Assembly (NCBI GenBank): GCA_013265495.1
Contig: MU058039.1
Location: 250,591 to 314,590 of the forward strand
Length of the DNA: 64,000 bases
Origin: Vicugna vicugna
Lineage: Eukaryota
Direction of reading: 5' to 3'
Positions within the stretch are counted from its first letter, which is position 1. Every line of letters starts with the position of its first letter. Positions 1 through 12,480 of this stretch are shown here, one piece after another. The translations under genes were made by a program, and so were the position numbers. A model generated the notes under the pieces. It made no database searches. It worked only from the letters and a program-made list of their open reading frames with translations, and was not told where the DNA came from.

Positions 1-430
1 TCCACTTATCTTTCTTCTTCCATCTCTCACCACTCCCCCTCTCATCTGTTCTATTTCAGTGACACCAGCCTCTTCATAATAGGCACATTCCCACCTCAGG
101 GCCTTTATAACAGTTGCTCACTCTTCCCTCAATTATGTGTTACTATCTCCTTCACTTCCTTCATATGTTATGTTTTCAGGTTGCCTTCCCTAGCAACTCC
201 ATCTAAAACTCCAGCTCTCATCCCTGATTTTGTATGTCATCCTGCTTTACTTCTTCTCTTAAAATTTTTCACTATTTAATGTATATTTAATTTACTTACC
301 TCATTTATTATCTGGCCCACAACAATGTAAGTACCATGACAGCAGAGAGTTTGTCTTTCTTGCCCAATGTTATATCCCAAGCATCTATAATTATTCCTGT
401 CACGGTGGTGAGTGGATAAATGAATAAATC
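1..430 (+). mobile_element. LINE-2 3' end fragment
   Basis: Pyrimidine-rich L2-like sequence ending ...tatatcccaagcatcta...gagtggataaatgaataaat, resembling the L2 3' terminus; boundaries approximate. Confidence 0.55.
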
Positions 431-529
431 CTTAATACCCAAAGAACCTGGAAAAGAAATTTGAAAACAGAACACTGCTTTAGAAAAATACTTTAGAAAA
501 CGTATAATTCTTAAAAAAAGATTTTTTAA

Positions 530-1990
530 ATGCTTGACTTCAGTAGTAATCAAACAAATACAAATTAAGGAAATTATTTTACATCTGTGAGGTTAACAAA
601 GATTACTAATATTAATGATAACCATTGTTATCAAAGGTGTCTGAATATAGGCAATCTTATACTACACCAATAATACTATAGATCATTGGAAACTTATAGG
701 AGAATAATTGGATAGACGTAGGGCAACTTTTAATAAGTATATACAGATTTGGGTCTTTGTGTTCGGTGGCTCCTCAAAGTGAGAAAACTCAGGAACTCAG
801 AGGCCGTGAGCTGGAGGATTGGTGGTGGGGATGGGAGCAGGTGAGGTGAAGGAGAATGGGCCAGAGCTGTGGCTTCTCCTTCCCCTTTCTTCTGAGGCAA
901 ATCTTAGTTATGCAAAGTAAAGTTTAGCTGCCATAAGCAGGAGGTCTTAATCAAAGGTTAATGGGGGGGGGGATGTTGAGCAGTTTTGAGTGAAGAGATG
1001 ACTCCTTTAGGCCTTTTGGGGAGAATTTTCCTCCTCTATCCCCACCTCTGCCCCCACCCTCTAAAAGCTTCCAGATAGCGTCTCCTGGAAGAGAGGGGAG
1101 TTTTACCCAAATCTTAAGTGATTCTACACCTGAAAGGAAAGGGGTGGTGTTTGTGGTAAGAGAGGAGGCTGGGTGGGGGGGTTGTGGTGGAATAACCATC
1201 CTCCTACCCTCAACACAACCACACTTCCCTCACCTGATTGGGGGTGGGTGGTGATGGCTGGCAGGGTTCCAGCTAGTTTAGAAAGGTTTTCTCCTTTTTT
1301 CCCCCTTCTAGGATTTTAAGTTTGAGAGGGGGTTTTGGGGAGAAAAGGGGGAATTTGCATGTAAATCTCCTGGGCCTGGTCCTGGATGAAGGATCAATTA
1401 TTTCTATAGTCTCTCGGAGGCGGGAGGGGGACTTAAAAAGAAGAAATAAATTTGAGTTTAGAAAACTCCTTTGCTTCTCAGTATGGGCCAAATCCTCCAG
1501 CCTGGTGAGCTGTTTCCTGATCCGATCAAGAAAATGATTGCTTTAAAAACAAAAACAGAACAACAAGAAATAAGCATATACATTTTGACCTATCAATTCC
1601 AGTTTTAAGACCCTACCCCTCCCCTCCTCAAATTAAGAAAGTGCCTTACAACATGTGCCAAATAGCTGCTAATAAACACATTCTTCATAATAGCAAGAAA
1701 CTGAAAAGAACCAAATTACCGATCAATAGGGGTAAATGCACTAAGTGTATGCCATAAAAAACTTTAAAATGATGGCGTAGATTTATAATTGTTTAAATGT
1801 AAAGATATTAATTGTGTACTGTTAAATGACATAGGTAGGTTACAGTTCTGTACGTATAGTGTGATTCCAATTTTTAAGCTACTATGCATATATAATAAAT
1901 GAATGCATATGTATGTATTCACAGAAGGAGGGGGAAAAGATGGTAAATGAATTTTGACAGTGGCTGGTAGAAGTATGAATGATTTTTGTT
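530..1990 (+). mobile_element. Old L1 (L1ME-like) 3' region split by the 746-1568 insertion
   Basis: L1 3' motifs (caaatacaaattaag...; ttttgacctatcaattccag; cataatagcaagaaactgaaaagaaccaaat) read through once 746-1568 is removed. Confidence 0.55.
746..1568 (+). mobile_element. L1-mediated retroposed insert of unidentified non-coding sequence
   Basis: Flanked by a 14-bp direct repeat, aataagtatataca (732-745) / aataagcatataca (1569-1582). The site is preceded by TTTT, has a 3' A-rich tail (~1545-1568), and contains no convincing ORF. Confidence 0.65.
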
Positions 1991-2562
1991 TTCTAGGGGC
2001 ATTTCTGTGATTTGGGGCGGGGAGTGGGGGGAGGCAGGGAGCATGAAATTAGTAAGCACACAAAGTGGCCGATACACGAAAATAAAACTTGAAATAAATA
2101 AATGCTAAAACAAAGTGTTGGAGCTATTGTCTCATATAAAAACATATTTCCGATTACCGTAACTGCAGAAATGAAGCACTGATACAAACTGGTATCGCAA
2201 AGCTACACACACCACCGAACTCTACCTTTCATCCTCGGAGTTTCTCACTCACTACAGTCACACACGTTCGCAACCACGTTCACTGCGACAGAGAAGGAAA
2301 AAGCAAAGCCACAAAATTCGCTTACCCACAGAATTCCACGGCCACACTCGGTCACAGGCAAGTGTCTGGCAAATAAGGTACTATCTAGCCACACGCTCAC
2401 AGTCCTTCACACGCTGCTCCCGCGGCCTCAGGGAACCACCCGCACCGGCAAAGCCGTGCCCGGCGTCCTCCTCCAGCCACACAGGCACGGGGTCCGCAGG
2501 CCCCTACTCCACCCAGCACAAAGAGTCCCGGACTCCGAGCTCGCCGCTTCCCGAGGACTCAC

Positions 2563-2700
2563 CACCGAGCCCGCGGACACAGGCCCCTGTCCCACACCTC
2601 AACGCCGCCCAGGTGGCACCGGCGGTGCCGCCCGAGGTGAGGGGGCCACTGAGGTCAGCGCCCGCTGTGGCGAGGGCAGCACGAGCCTTGGTCCGTTAGG
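2563..2700 (-). other. Putative non-coding first exon of a minus-strand gene leaving the window (ZNF569 expected from synteny)
   Basis: Minus-strand donor GTG|GTGAGT at 2557-2562 and a second donor TGG|GTAAGC at 2320-2325, inside the CpG island. ZNF569 is head-to-head with ZNF570 in human (recalled). No coding sequence is in the window and the 5' end is approximate. Confidence 0.4.
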
Positions 2701-2931
2701 CGCAGGATAACACTTCCCAGAGGCCCCCGCGGCTTGCCGGGGCGGGGCTGGCCTTCCTGTGGGCGGGGAGTGGGAACCGCCAGCCGCGGCGTCCGGGCGT
2801 TCGGGTTCGCTGAGGGGGCTCAGCTGAGCATTTTCCCGCAGCTGCCTTTCGTTAAGTGCAGCACTCGGACCCTACGAATGCTACCTGGTGCTGAGAAGAC
2901 TCTGAAAAGGTCCGCCGCTTTCCTGCTCCGG

Positions 2932-2950
2932 ACTACATTTCCCAGAGGCC
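2932..2950 (+). promoter_or_regulatory. ZNF143/THAP11-type SBS motif
   Basis: ACTACATTTCCCAGAGGCC matches ACTACAnnTCCCA; a degenerate copy ATAACACTTCCCAGAGGCC lies at 2707-2725. Confidence 0.8.
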
Positions 2951-5900
2951 TTAACGGCCCAAATTTATTTTCTGCAAAAAGTCGCTTCCTCCTTACAGTT
3001 GGCTGGATTTTCGGGTTCTCAACGTTAAGGTGCCTGGTCAGGGAAGGAAGTGCCGCTATATCGGTTTAGTTCGGTCTGGTCCCGGTTCCACCCGGGACTG
3101 GACTTCAGTGGGATGAAGATGGAGAAAGATCAGGCACCGGGGCGAGACGAGATGGGCCAGCCCGAGCCTCAGGTCGTTAAAGGGAGGGGTGCCGTTGCGT
3201 GAGCGCGTGGGGGAGAGTTCAGCCGTGGAATCTGGGGAGCCTCCGGGGTCGTGAGACTCTGAGGTCCACTGACTTTGGGGTCGTGCGAATTTGCGACCGT
3301 TTGTGTTAGCATCGTCGCGTCCTCTGTTCTAGTGACCTCTTGTTTCTGACCCTGCAGTTTTCCCAGTGTGCTTGTGTCCATTCTTTGTAGATGTTTCTGC
3401 TTTTCTAGCGGACACCTGTTGCAATATTGAAACTTAACAGGTTAAATCAATAAACCAGACTCACCAAAATATGAAATGGAAAAAAATTAGAGATTTGTGA
3501 GTGTGTATTACTGGAAGCACCCATGCTTTTTTTTAACACTGTTACTCCACGTTCGGTGTGTGCTACACGGACAAAGGTGATACAGGTAATTTAGAAAGAT
3601 GTTGTTGAAGAAGGCAAAGACATTGAGCCATGAAATGAAAGTTTATGTCAATAATTCAAATAGCCCCGACGTCAAGAGGGAAAAGTGGAAGGGGAAAAGT
3701 AGAGAAGGAACCAGGAACAAAAACCTAAGAATCACACCTGCCCCAAAGACCTGATAATTATTTTGAGCATTTCATGTGAGTTCTGCTCTGACTTAAGAAG
3801 AATCAAAAAATAATTCACAATGAAAGTCGAAGACTCACTGCAATAATTTTGCAATAGAGACCAACATGGAGAAAATATCTATGAAAACACTATTCTGTGC
3901 TTTTGTGCTATGGTATGTTAACAGAACAAAATACTGCAGACTACAGCATGCTAAACAGCAGGAACTTACAGTCGTTGAAGGTATCAGAGAGGCTTCTGGC
4001 TCATAAACTTACCAGGAAGGTATACTAAGCCCATAGGACTGTTATCTCTAGGAAGCAGTAGAAGACAGTCTTCCTTTCTCACTAGATGATAATGGGCACT
4101 GTTTCAGAGTAGTGTGAATCTGTTTCTGGGAAGGGAAAAGGGGCTCCCAAACACTGCATAGAGAGAACATATCCTATAAATAAATTTTGCTTAGTCTTAC
4201 ATGTCTTTACCAACAATCCTTTTTTTTCTGTCTACTATAAGAATTATTTTTTTGCTAATTATTTTGTTAAGAGGTGAGAAGAGAACAGAGTTGGTTGTTC
4301 TATGTCCATCCAGCTTCCTGATTTCCTTTTTGATACTTGTAGATTTGTCTATTTCTGCTTTTATTTCTGTTAAGCTTTGCTTTATATATTTTAAAGTGCT
4401 CTTATGATACATATTTAGAGTTGTAATAGTTTCCTGTTGGATTGATCCAATAGGAAATTATGGAATTTACTTTTTATTTATAATACTGCTTTTTGTCTCA
4501 ATCTGTTTTTTTTCTGGATTAAGTTTTTTTGTATGTATATATTTTTTATTCAAGTATAGTCAGCTTACATGTCTTAATCTGTTTTGATATTACTATAGCT
4601 TCACCATCCTTCTTTTGGCTAGTGCATACTATTTTTTTCTACCTTTTTGCTTTTAATCTGTTTTATTTTTAAAGTCTCTTATTAAACAGTATTATTTTTA
4701 AAATAAATAATGACAATCTTACTCATTAATTTGACATATTTAGTGAATTTACATTTAATGTAGTTGGGTTTCGGTCTACCACCTTAGAATTTATTTTCTT
4801 TTGGGCCTACCTTTTTCAAATTTTTAACTTCTTATTTTGAAGTAATTCTGGATTCTCATGCAGTTACAAGAAATAATTCAAAGCGATCCCATGTACCCTT
4901 TATCCAATTTCCTCCAATGGTAATATCTTGCAATACTCTATACAGCGTCACAACTTTGCCATCGATACTTTCAGGATATTTCCATCATCACAAGACTCCT
5001 TCATGTTGTCCTTTTACAGCCACATCTACTTCCCTTCTTCCTTCAACCCCCTCCTTAAGACCTGGCAGCCCTAATCTGTTCTCCATTTCCATAATTTTAC
5101 CTTTCAAGAATGTTATGTAAATGGAATTATAAAGTATGTAACTGGGGTATTAACTTTTTGACTCAGCATAATCCCCTGGAGATTCATACATGTTGTTACA
5201 TGTGTAAGTAATTCATTCCTTTTGTTGCTGAGTAGAATTCCATGAGGATATAACACGGTTTGTTTAGCCATTCACTAATTGAAGGACATATGGGTTGTTT
5301 CCAACTTTTGGCTGTTGTAACTAAAGCTACTATGTACATTCATAGACATTCGTGTGTGTGTGAAAATAAAATTTCATTTCAAAGAGTTTTAGAAGGAATT
5401 TGTCCATTTATTTTTTTCAAAAAAACCTATCTGGAATTTTCACTGAGATTGTACTGACTATATAGATCAATTGAGGACAGTTGAATCTTTAAAATAGTGA
5501 ATCTCATAATTGTGAGGCACAATATATATCTTCATTTATTTAGATCTTCTTTAATTCCTCTCAGCAATATTTTATAGTTTGTAATGTACAAGTAATGAAA
5601 TCTTTTGTCAGATTTACCCCTAAGTATTTCAGAGTTTTTGATGCATTGTAAATGGTACTTTTTAAAATTTCAATTTCTAATTGTTCATTGCCAGTATATA
5701 AGAAATACAATAGATTTTTGTACCTTGTAGTCTGTTGCCTTGCTAAACTCACCTAGTATTTCTACTACAGTTGTGGAGGTTCCATTGGATGGTCTATATA
5801 GATGATTATGTCATCTGTGAAAAAAGACAGTGGCATCTATTCCTATTATGACCTGCAGGTACAGGATGGACCTTCACCCAAAATTTGGTTGGGGAGTGGA

Positions 5901-6190
5901 GACTGATGAGGCCACACACACACACACACACCAAGAGGGTATGAAAAGTTTCACTGCTCATACAGTGAAGCTTTCTAGGAAATGCAGGGCAGTATTCCCA
6001 AGAAAGTCTGCAAATGGTTTGCAAGAGCAAGGAAAGGAAACTGGTGTGCAGTTTTTATGGCAGATTCTTTGTGGTTTAAATCTCCTGTAGACTAGTTTAA
6101 ATCTTTTGCTTATGTCAAAAGAGAGCGCCTGAGCTTGCCCAGATTGAGGGCACAATAGAAAGAAGGCATGAAGGTCAAAGCTATGAGCAG

Positions 6191-7768
6191 CTTCCTCTGC
6201 GGCTTCTAAGGCTGCTTGTGTGCATGTCTGGTGAGGATCTGGTGGTTCAGCCACTGGGAAGACCCCAGAGATTGCCATGGCTGACAAATAGACCAAGGAA
6301 GTAGTCAAGACAGAGAACCACGGTCATATTAATTTGAAGGTGGCAGGACAGGGTGGTTCTGTGGTGCAGTTTAAGCGTAAGAGGCACACACCACTTAGTA
6401 CAAATGAAAGCCTACTGGGAACAATAGGGTTTGTCAAGTAGGCAAATCAAAATCCAATATGATGAGCAGCCAATCAACAAAACAGACTCACCTACACAGA
6501 AATGGAGGATGGAGATAGAACTGATGTGTTCCAGTAGCAGAAAAGAGGTGTCTACCAAAAAAGAAACCTGCCATTTTACTCCCAAACTCTGATCCTACAG
6601 ACAAAGAGGATATTCTCAATTAGAAGAATGCAATTTGGATCCACCGCATCCTGACTGCTACAATACAGTTATCTTTCCTCTTCCCCATTCCTTTATTATA
6701 CATAAAGTAACTGGTGTATGCACAAGCATATTGCTTTTTTAAAAATTATGGTATGTTTTTGTTAGAGCAGGCAGATAGCTAGATATGAGCAGAGAAAGGG
6801 GGACACAGACCAACTGGCTGGAATTAGGCAGAAAGGAGGGGCACAGGCCAAATGCAGGAAACCACATATCATGTGAGCAGCAGGGATCCTTGGGCAGAGA
6901 AAAAGCTGGAATCTTTGGGCTGATAAGGGACCACACCTTTTGGCCTGGAGACCAACAAAGAAAGGTCAGAAAAGGCAGGAATTTCCAGTGTCCGAATGTA
7001 AACTTTTACTCATTATGCCCTCATTTCAATAAAATTAGCCTTCCAGATCAGAAGTACCCATCATGCACTGACGCCATGACACTTCCGATCCAGACTAAAT
7101 AAGGACAAAAATCCCTCCTCCCTTTGGGAAGGTGGAGTTGGGATGATAATCAGGGAATACGACCCCAAACCCTTCCCTCCCCAATGAATATTCCGCCCAT
7201 TCATTTTTACACCCTATGTAACTAACTTGCCAAAGAAACTCAGGGCAGCTGCTCACCTGAGCCTGTCTGCTCTTCCCTGAGAGTGTACTATTCATCCTTT
7301 AATAAATCCTCACTTTAGCTTTTTAACCTCTAAGTCTTGTCTCTGAATTCTTTCTGGGACGGGTCAAGAGCCTGGAACACCGGTTGCATCTATCGGCGAC
7401 ATTTTGGTTAACATTAAATGGAAATGGATGAGGGAAGACACTGGTTCTGTGAAAATACCCCTTTTTCATTAGTGGCATACTTGGTCAGCTCTTATCTTTA
7501 TATTCTAATAAGTTATTTTGCTCTCACTAACAACAAAAAAAGGAATATAAAAATCCTTGCATACTTTGTTCAACTGGAGAATTCTAATGTTCTTCATTTA
7601 TCATTGTTAAACCAAGAACAATTTTAACGACTCTTTCGTATGTAAATGTTACAAGTAAGGCAGTCTTTTTAAAGTAGGGGTAAATTACTCTAAAAGAAGT
7701 GAATCCTAGATAGTTTTCCCCTCAAGTAAAGCACCTGTTGTTTAAATAAACCTCTTGGTTTTTCTTTT
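6191..7768 (+). pseudogene. SUMO2: SUMO2 processed pseudogene
   Basis: ATG at 6277 gives [40 protein letters not shown], then frameshifts, ending ...DVFQ*QKRGVY (~6555). It is intronless, has a SUMO2-like 3' UTR to AATAAA at ~7745, and has TSD aaagctatgagcag (6177-6190) / aaagctataaacag (7769-7782). Confidence 0.93.
6760..7401 (+). mobile_element. Solo LTR, ERV1-type, inserted in the SUMO2 pseudogene 3' UTR
   Basis: TG...CA termini (TGTTAGAG...GGCGACA), 4-bp TSD TTTT (6756-6759 / 7402-7405), AATAAA at 7301-7306. The SUMO2 UTR rejoins across it. Confidence 0.85.
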
Positions 7769-9374
7769 AAAGCTATAAACAGGCAAACATGAAAAAATGA
7801 TATAAGGGTTTTGTGAAGCTGTGTGTGAAGTCTCTACCTAATTAGTATATGCAGGCAAGACTGCACTGTCTTACAGATGTGTGGAGTAAGCTGTGGTGTA
7901 GTTTTTTGGCACATAATAAGCACATTGCAGAAGGAAAAAACTGATATTAGGCTCTTTATCACACTATCAAATTTATATGCTATTTATTTCTTCTTTCCTT
8001 GTTTCTCTGACCGAAACCTTCCACACAAGATTGAACAGAAGTGGAGACAGTGGCTATCTTTGCCATGTACCTGATCTTAGAAGGAAAGTATTCAATTTTG
8101 TACTATTAAGTGAAATGGTTTTTGGTAGATGGCCTTTATTGAGTCGAGGAAGATATTTTTTCTTTTTCTGATATGTATTTATAAAGAATGGATGTTGAAT
8201 TTTGTCAAATGCTCTTTCTGCATTTATTGAAATGGTAATATGTATTGTCTTTCTCTTTTAGTTTGTTGATAAGGTGAATTACATTGGTCTTCAAACCTTA
8301 AACAAATCTTACATTCTTTGGTTAAATACCACTTGGCCATTGTTGCTTTATCAATGTTATATCTTGTTGGATTTAATTTGCTAAAATTTTATTAAGAGTT
8401 TTGGAAAATAGGTTCATGAGTGATACTGGTCTGTACCTTTTTTTGCGAGGGAGGGAGAGATGGGTATTGTTTTTGTCTAGATAACTCACAGAATGAATTT
8501 CCCTCTCTTCAATATTCTGGAAAAGTTTGTATGGAACTGTTATCATTTATTCCTTAAATGCTTAAGAGAATTTTAAGTATTTAACAGAAATTAAAATTAA
8601 ATAAAAATGTTTAATCTGATACCCTCTTAATTGGGATATTCAGATCATATATATATTTAAATTAACTAAATTCCAGATTTTATTTGATGTTACCAGTTTT
8701 CTCACCAATATCCTTTTCCATTCCAGCACCCTATGTTGCATTTAGGTGTCTCACCTCCTTAGGCTTCTCTGGTCTGCCCATGTCTCCTATAACCTGGCAC
8801 TTGTAAAAAAAAGTTCTGGTCAATTATTCTGTAAAACTTCCCTCAAGCTGGGTTTGTCTGATGTTTTTTCTAATGATTAGACAGGGATTATGGGGTGCAG
8901 GGGAACACCACAGAGGTGAAGTGCCTTTCTCATCATGTCATGTCATATCAGGTGATCCATGATTTCACACACTTACTTCAAAAATAAAAACTGTTTAGTA
9001 AGGAAAATTCCATACATACACAAAAATAGCAAGAATAGAGTAAGTACTCATCACTGGGCTCCCGGTTATCAGTGTTTTGTCTCTGTTTCTGGGTGGCTTT
9101 TCATCGTGGTTGGAAGATGAGTTTTCCATCTCATCTTTCTTCCTTTTCCCTTCTCCTCTTTCCTTCCTCCCTCTTCTCTCATTTCTTCTTTTTCAAACAA
9201 AAAGACGACACTGATTAGCCATGGTGGGAATCTAGCTGGGACCTAGATGGAGGAGCATAAAGAATCTAGGCAAAATGTCCTCGTGCAGGAATCCCCGCTA
9301 ATAATGGCCTTTTGGTCTTTGCTTCACTTCCAGTTTTACCTGAAGAGGTGACTGGACCATCCCAGGGTATCCTA

Positions 9375-9890
9375 TTATTAGTTTGGACTCTTTAGGATGT
9401 GAGTAAAAGGAACCTAACTCAAATTGTTTAAGCAAAAGATGGAAGTCACTGGCTCAGAAAATTAAAATCAACTGAATTGGACTCAATCTTCTGGCTCACT
9501 CTGTGTCCCTTCCTTGCCACTTCCCAGCATTCCCCCTCTGTTACTGCCACCTGTGGTGCCAGGATTACTGCTGGAAGCATGTGCTGACCTCTCAGCTTCT
9601 CACTCACCCAGCTGTCGATTCTCCCCACAATCATTTCAATGCAACCCAAAGGAGTGAAATTCATTGGTAAACCTGATTGCTTTCCTGCACCTCTTGAAAC
9701 AACCATTGAGAATGTAATTCTTGATTGCCCAGGTTGAGGTCACAACCCGGTCTTGAGACTAAGAATCAGGTTAAGTCAGACCATATGGGCTGAATAAAGG
9801 AAAAGTTACTTCCCCTAAGGAAAACTGGGTTTGTGTTATAAAAAGAAGAGGGTGTGGATCTAGGGCATGAAAAACAATTCATATACTGTA
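9375..9890. mobile_element. MaLR (MLT1-like) LTR remnant
   Basis: ttattagtttggactcttt...cctaactcaaattgtttaagcaaaag start and ...ttcccctaaggaaaactggg...gggcatgaaaaacaa end resemble old MLT1 LTRs. Confidence 0.45.
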
Positions 9891-11749
9891 TTCCTCTGCT
9901 GACACCTTACTCACATCTTTCTTTTCCAGCTTTTCCTTTTTCCAACCCCTGCAGACAAGCCCACTCTCCCTCATGTCCCTCACTGTTACCCCACCATGAT
10001 TCTTTCAGAGCCCCTTTGCCTGTAGCCAGTGGTGTATCACATTACTGATGAGGTGGGTGTGGTCCACCCTAGGTGCATATGAGGTTGGATTTTCCTCATA
10101 TACTTCAGCCTAAGCAATATATTGCAGCAGATTCAATGCAGAAGCAGATGTGAGACTCCAGCTATCTTCTATGAAGCCAGATTGCTGCAAGTAATGAATC
10201 CTTCCTTATCCTGCTCTATGGCTTGGCTGTGTCTTTTGATTTGACACCCATCAAACCCAATTTTTCAGGTACTCTGGCAGTAATACCACTTGGGAGTCCA
10301 CTCACCTCTTTGGGCCATGCTTCCTCATTTGTGAGGTGTGGATCACAGTGCTTCTACATCCTGGGACTACTGGAGTGATTCACTCCACCCTCAGCCCTCC
10401 TGGATTGATGTTCTCCACTCAGCCAGTTCTGGGCACCAAGGAACCATCGGCTCCTCCAGCTTCTAGATCATTTATATTTAATCTGATAATTGATAAAAAC
10501 CTCCCATCTTTCCACTTATTTCCCACCTGTTATTTGTTCCCGTCTCCTCTTTCTGACTTCTTTTGGATTGAATATTTTTTTATGATTCCATTTTATCTCC
10601 CTTGTAGATAATTAGCAATAACTCTTTGTTTTGTTGGTTTAGTGGTTGCTTTAGGCCTGAGAGTGCACATCTTCCACTTATCATATTATCCATTAAAGTG
10701 ATATTATATTACTTTCCATAGAATTTTGGAAACTTTACAATAGTTATTTTCCATTTACTTCTCTTCTCCTAGCCTTTGTGCTACTGTCGTCATACAAGGT
10801 GCTTCTATAACTGTTTATAAATATAATATACCTTAATATATACAACCGTAACTTCATTGTTTTTAGTTTTGCTCAAACAGTAATTTGTATTTTGGTGAGA
10901 ATTAAATAATAAGAAAATAGTCTTACATGTTAACCCTGTAGTTACCATCTCTGGTGCTCTTCATTCTTTGGGTAGATCCAGATTTCTTTTTGTTACCCAA
11001 ACACACATAAATTAGGACTCTTGAATTTTCCCTTCCACTGACTAATATTCTGTTCACCTTTTTTTAAAGCTTGTTTTCTTTGTGTCTATCCTAGCACTCA
11101 AACAGCATCTGGCACACAGTAGGTGCTTTCTAATCGGATACCACAGGGCAGAATTCCTCACACAAATACACATCCATTAGTCTAATCCTCACACCCTGCC
11201 ACACACGCTATCATACCACGATCCTACTCCACTCTCCACCAGTCAGTCCCTTTCTCTCATTGCACATTCTCATATGCAAATGTCACACATACAATAACAC
11301 AATCACACACATGGTCACGGTAATGCACCAGACTCACCCCAATACACAGAGTTTTGCATAGTTACTCTTACAGAAACACGATGCGACAGAATCAAAGGAT
11401 CGCGCACCAACTCACAGTCAGGTGACAGAAACTTAAATAAATACCTAAAATATAAACACCCTTGTTCTTAGAGGGTATAGAGTCAGGTTAAAGAGCTGAA
11501 GGGGTGTCTGGAAGAAGTGTAATTAGGGAAAGCCTCTTGGATATGTGACATTTGTATCTGAATGTAGGGAGTAAGGGAATTTTGAAGATACCTGGCAGAA
11601 GACCCATTTTAGGAAAACAGGGACACATTCACACTCACTGTCACCAAATCACAAATACAGGAACCGTATGCAAAGTACAACACTCTCTACCCTGACCCCT
11701 CCCCTCCTGTCTTCAAAGTAAACCTTTCTCTGGGCAAGAACGCCCTAGA

Positions 11750-12480
11750 GGAGGTGGTACTGGGCCGAAGCATAATGTACCTGCGCACTCAACTCTCTGC
11801 TGCCCCACCACACTTTTTTCGGGTCCCTCAGCTCGAATATAGAAACTCGCTCCTCACCCTCTTTACGTAGACGCGCGCGCACTAGCCGCGCCCACACACC
11901 AACCCCGCCCCCTGCGGCTTTCAATTCTCCGCCGGGTTGCTAAGGGTGGTGGACAGAGCGCGTGTGCCTCCGCACTTAAATCCCAGGCCGACTGGTGTGA
12001 CGCTCGGCGGACCCCGGTTCGGAGCTGGGAGGAATCGATTGGGACGTCCAGGCACCCTCTGCAGGGCCAGGGAGAGGTCGGCGTGGCCGGAGCCGGGGCA
12101 GATGGGGCGGTGTTACGTGCTTCCAGCGGAGCGGAGCTGTGGCAGTTAACTCCGCTGCGCTGGGGCCTTTTCTGGTCGGGACTACATTTCCCAGTGGCCC
12201 CCGCGAACCCTGGGCCCGCGGCCCCTTTGTGTCCTCCGGAGGCCGAGGCGCTTCTTTCCGGGCCCGCAGAGGCTGGGTTCCACCAGATTCGGGGCAGGAG
12301 GTGGGCCCGAGAGGAGGTCACCCGAGCCTTCCGGGCAGGGACCCGGTCTTCCGGCAGTTCAGTTCAGCAGGTAGGAAGTGGGTTGAAGAGCGGACCGTGG
12401 GACACCCGGACGTCGTTCCCCGGGCCTTCTCTGTGACTCTGCATGTGAGACGGTGGTTGATACCTTCGGTCCGTAAGCCT
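11750..12480. promoter_or_regulatory. CpG-island promoter 2 (ZNF570 promoter and first exon)
   Basis: CpG-rich island with candidate donor CAG|GTAGGA at 12370/12371, followed by a TG-rich tract (12430-12820), about 0.9 kb upstream of the ZNF570 ATG exon. Confidence 0.85.
12181..12199 (+). promoter_or_regulatory. ZNF143/THAP11-type SBS motif
   Basis: ACTACATTTCCCAGTGGCC, 18/19 identical to the motif at 2932-2950. Confidence 0.8.

Larger units (their letters stand above)
2290..3320. promoter_or_regulatory. CpG-island promoter 1, probably bidirectional
   Basis: High GC and CpG density against an AT-rich background, GC boxes (gggcgggg at ~2740 and ~2761), ZNF143-type motifs, and TG-rich tracts typical of KRAB-ZNF first introns pointing outward on both sides. 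Confidence 0.85.
5855..7940 (-). mobile_element. Old LTR element (ERVL-like) split by the SUMO2 retrocopy
   Basis: 5855-6176 (cacccaaaatttggtt...gagactgatgaggccacacac...caagagggtatgaaaag) resembles an old LTR read antisense. Non-L1 sequence continues at 7783-~7940. Family not certain. Confidence 0.45.
4820..8570 (-). mobile_element. Old L1 (3' UTR plus ORF2 remnants), interrupted at ~5855-7960
   Basis: Antisense L1 3' UTR at 4820-5380. ORF2 remnant KYLGVNLTKD appears in ORF 5561-5752. RT-region sequence breaks at ~5850 and resumes at ~7960 (ttgaacagaagtggagacagtggctatctttg). Confidence 0.7.

Noticed and set aside
2456..3381. ORFs across CpG island 1
   Set aside because: Composition artefact; low-complexity Pro/Gly/Arg translations.
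6277..6558. Functional SUMO retrogene
   Set aside because: Stop at codon 5, frameshifts, further stops and loss of the diglycine motif.
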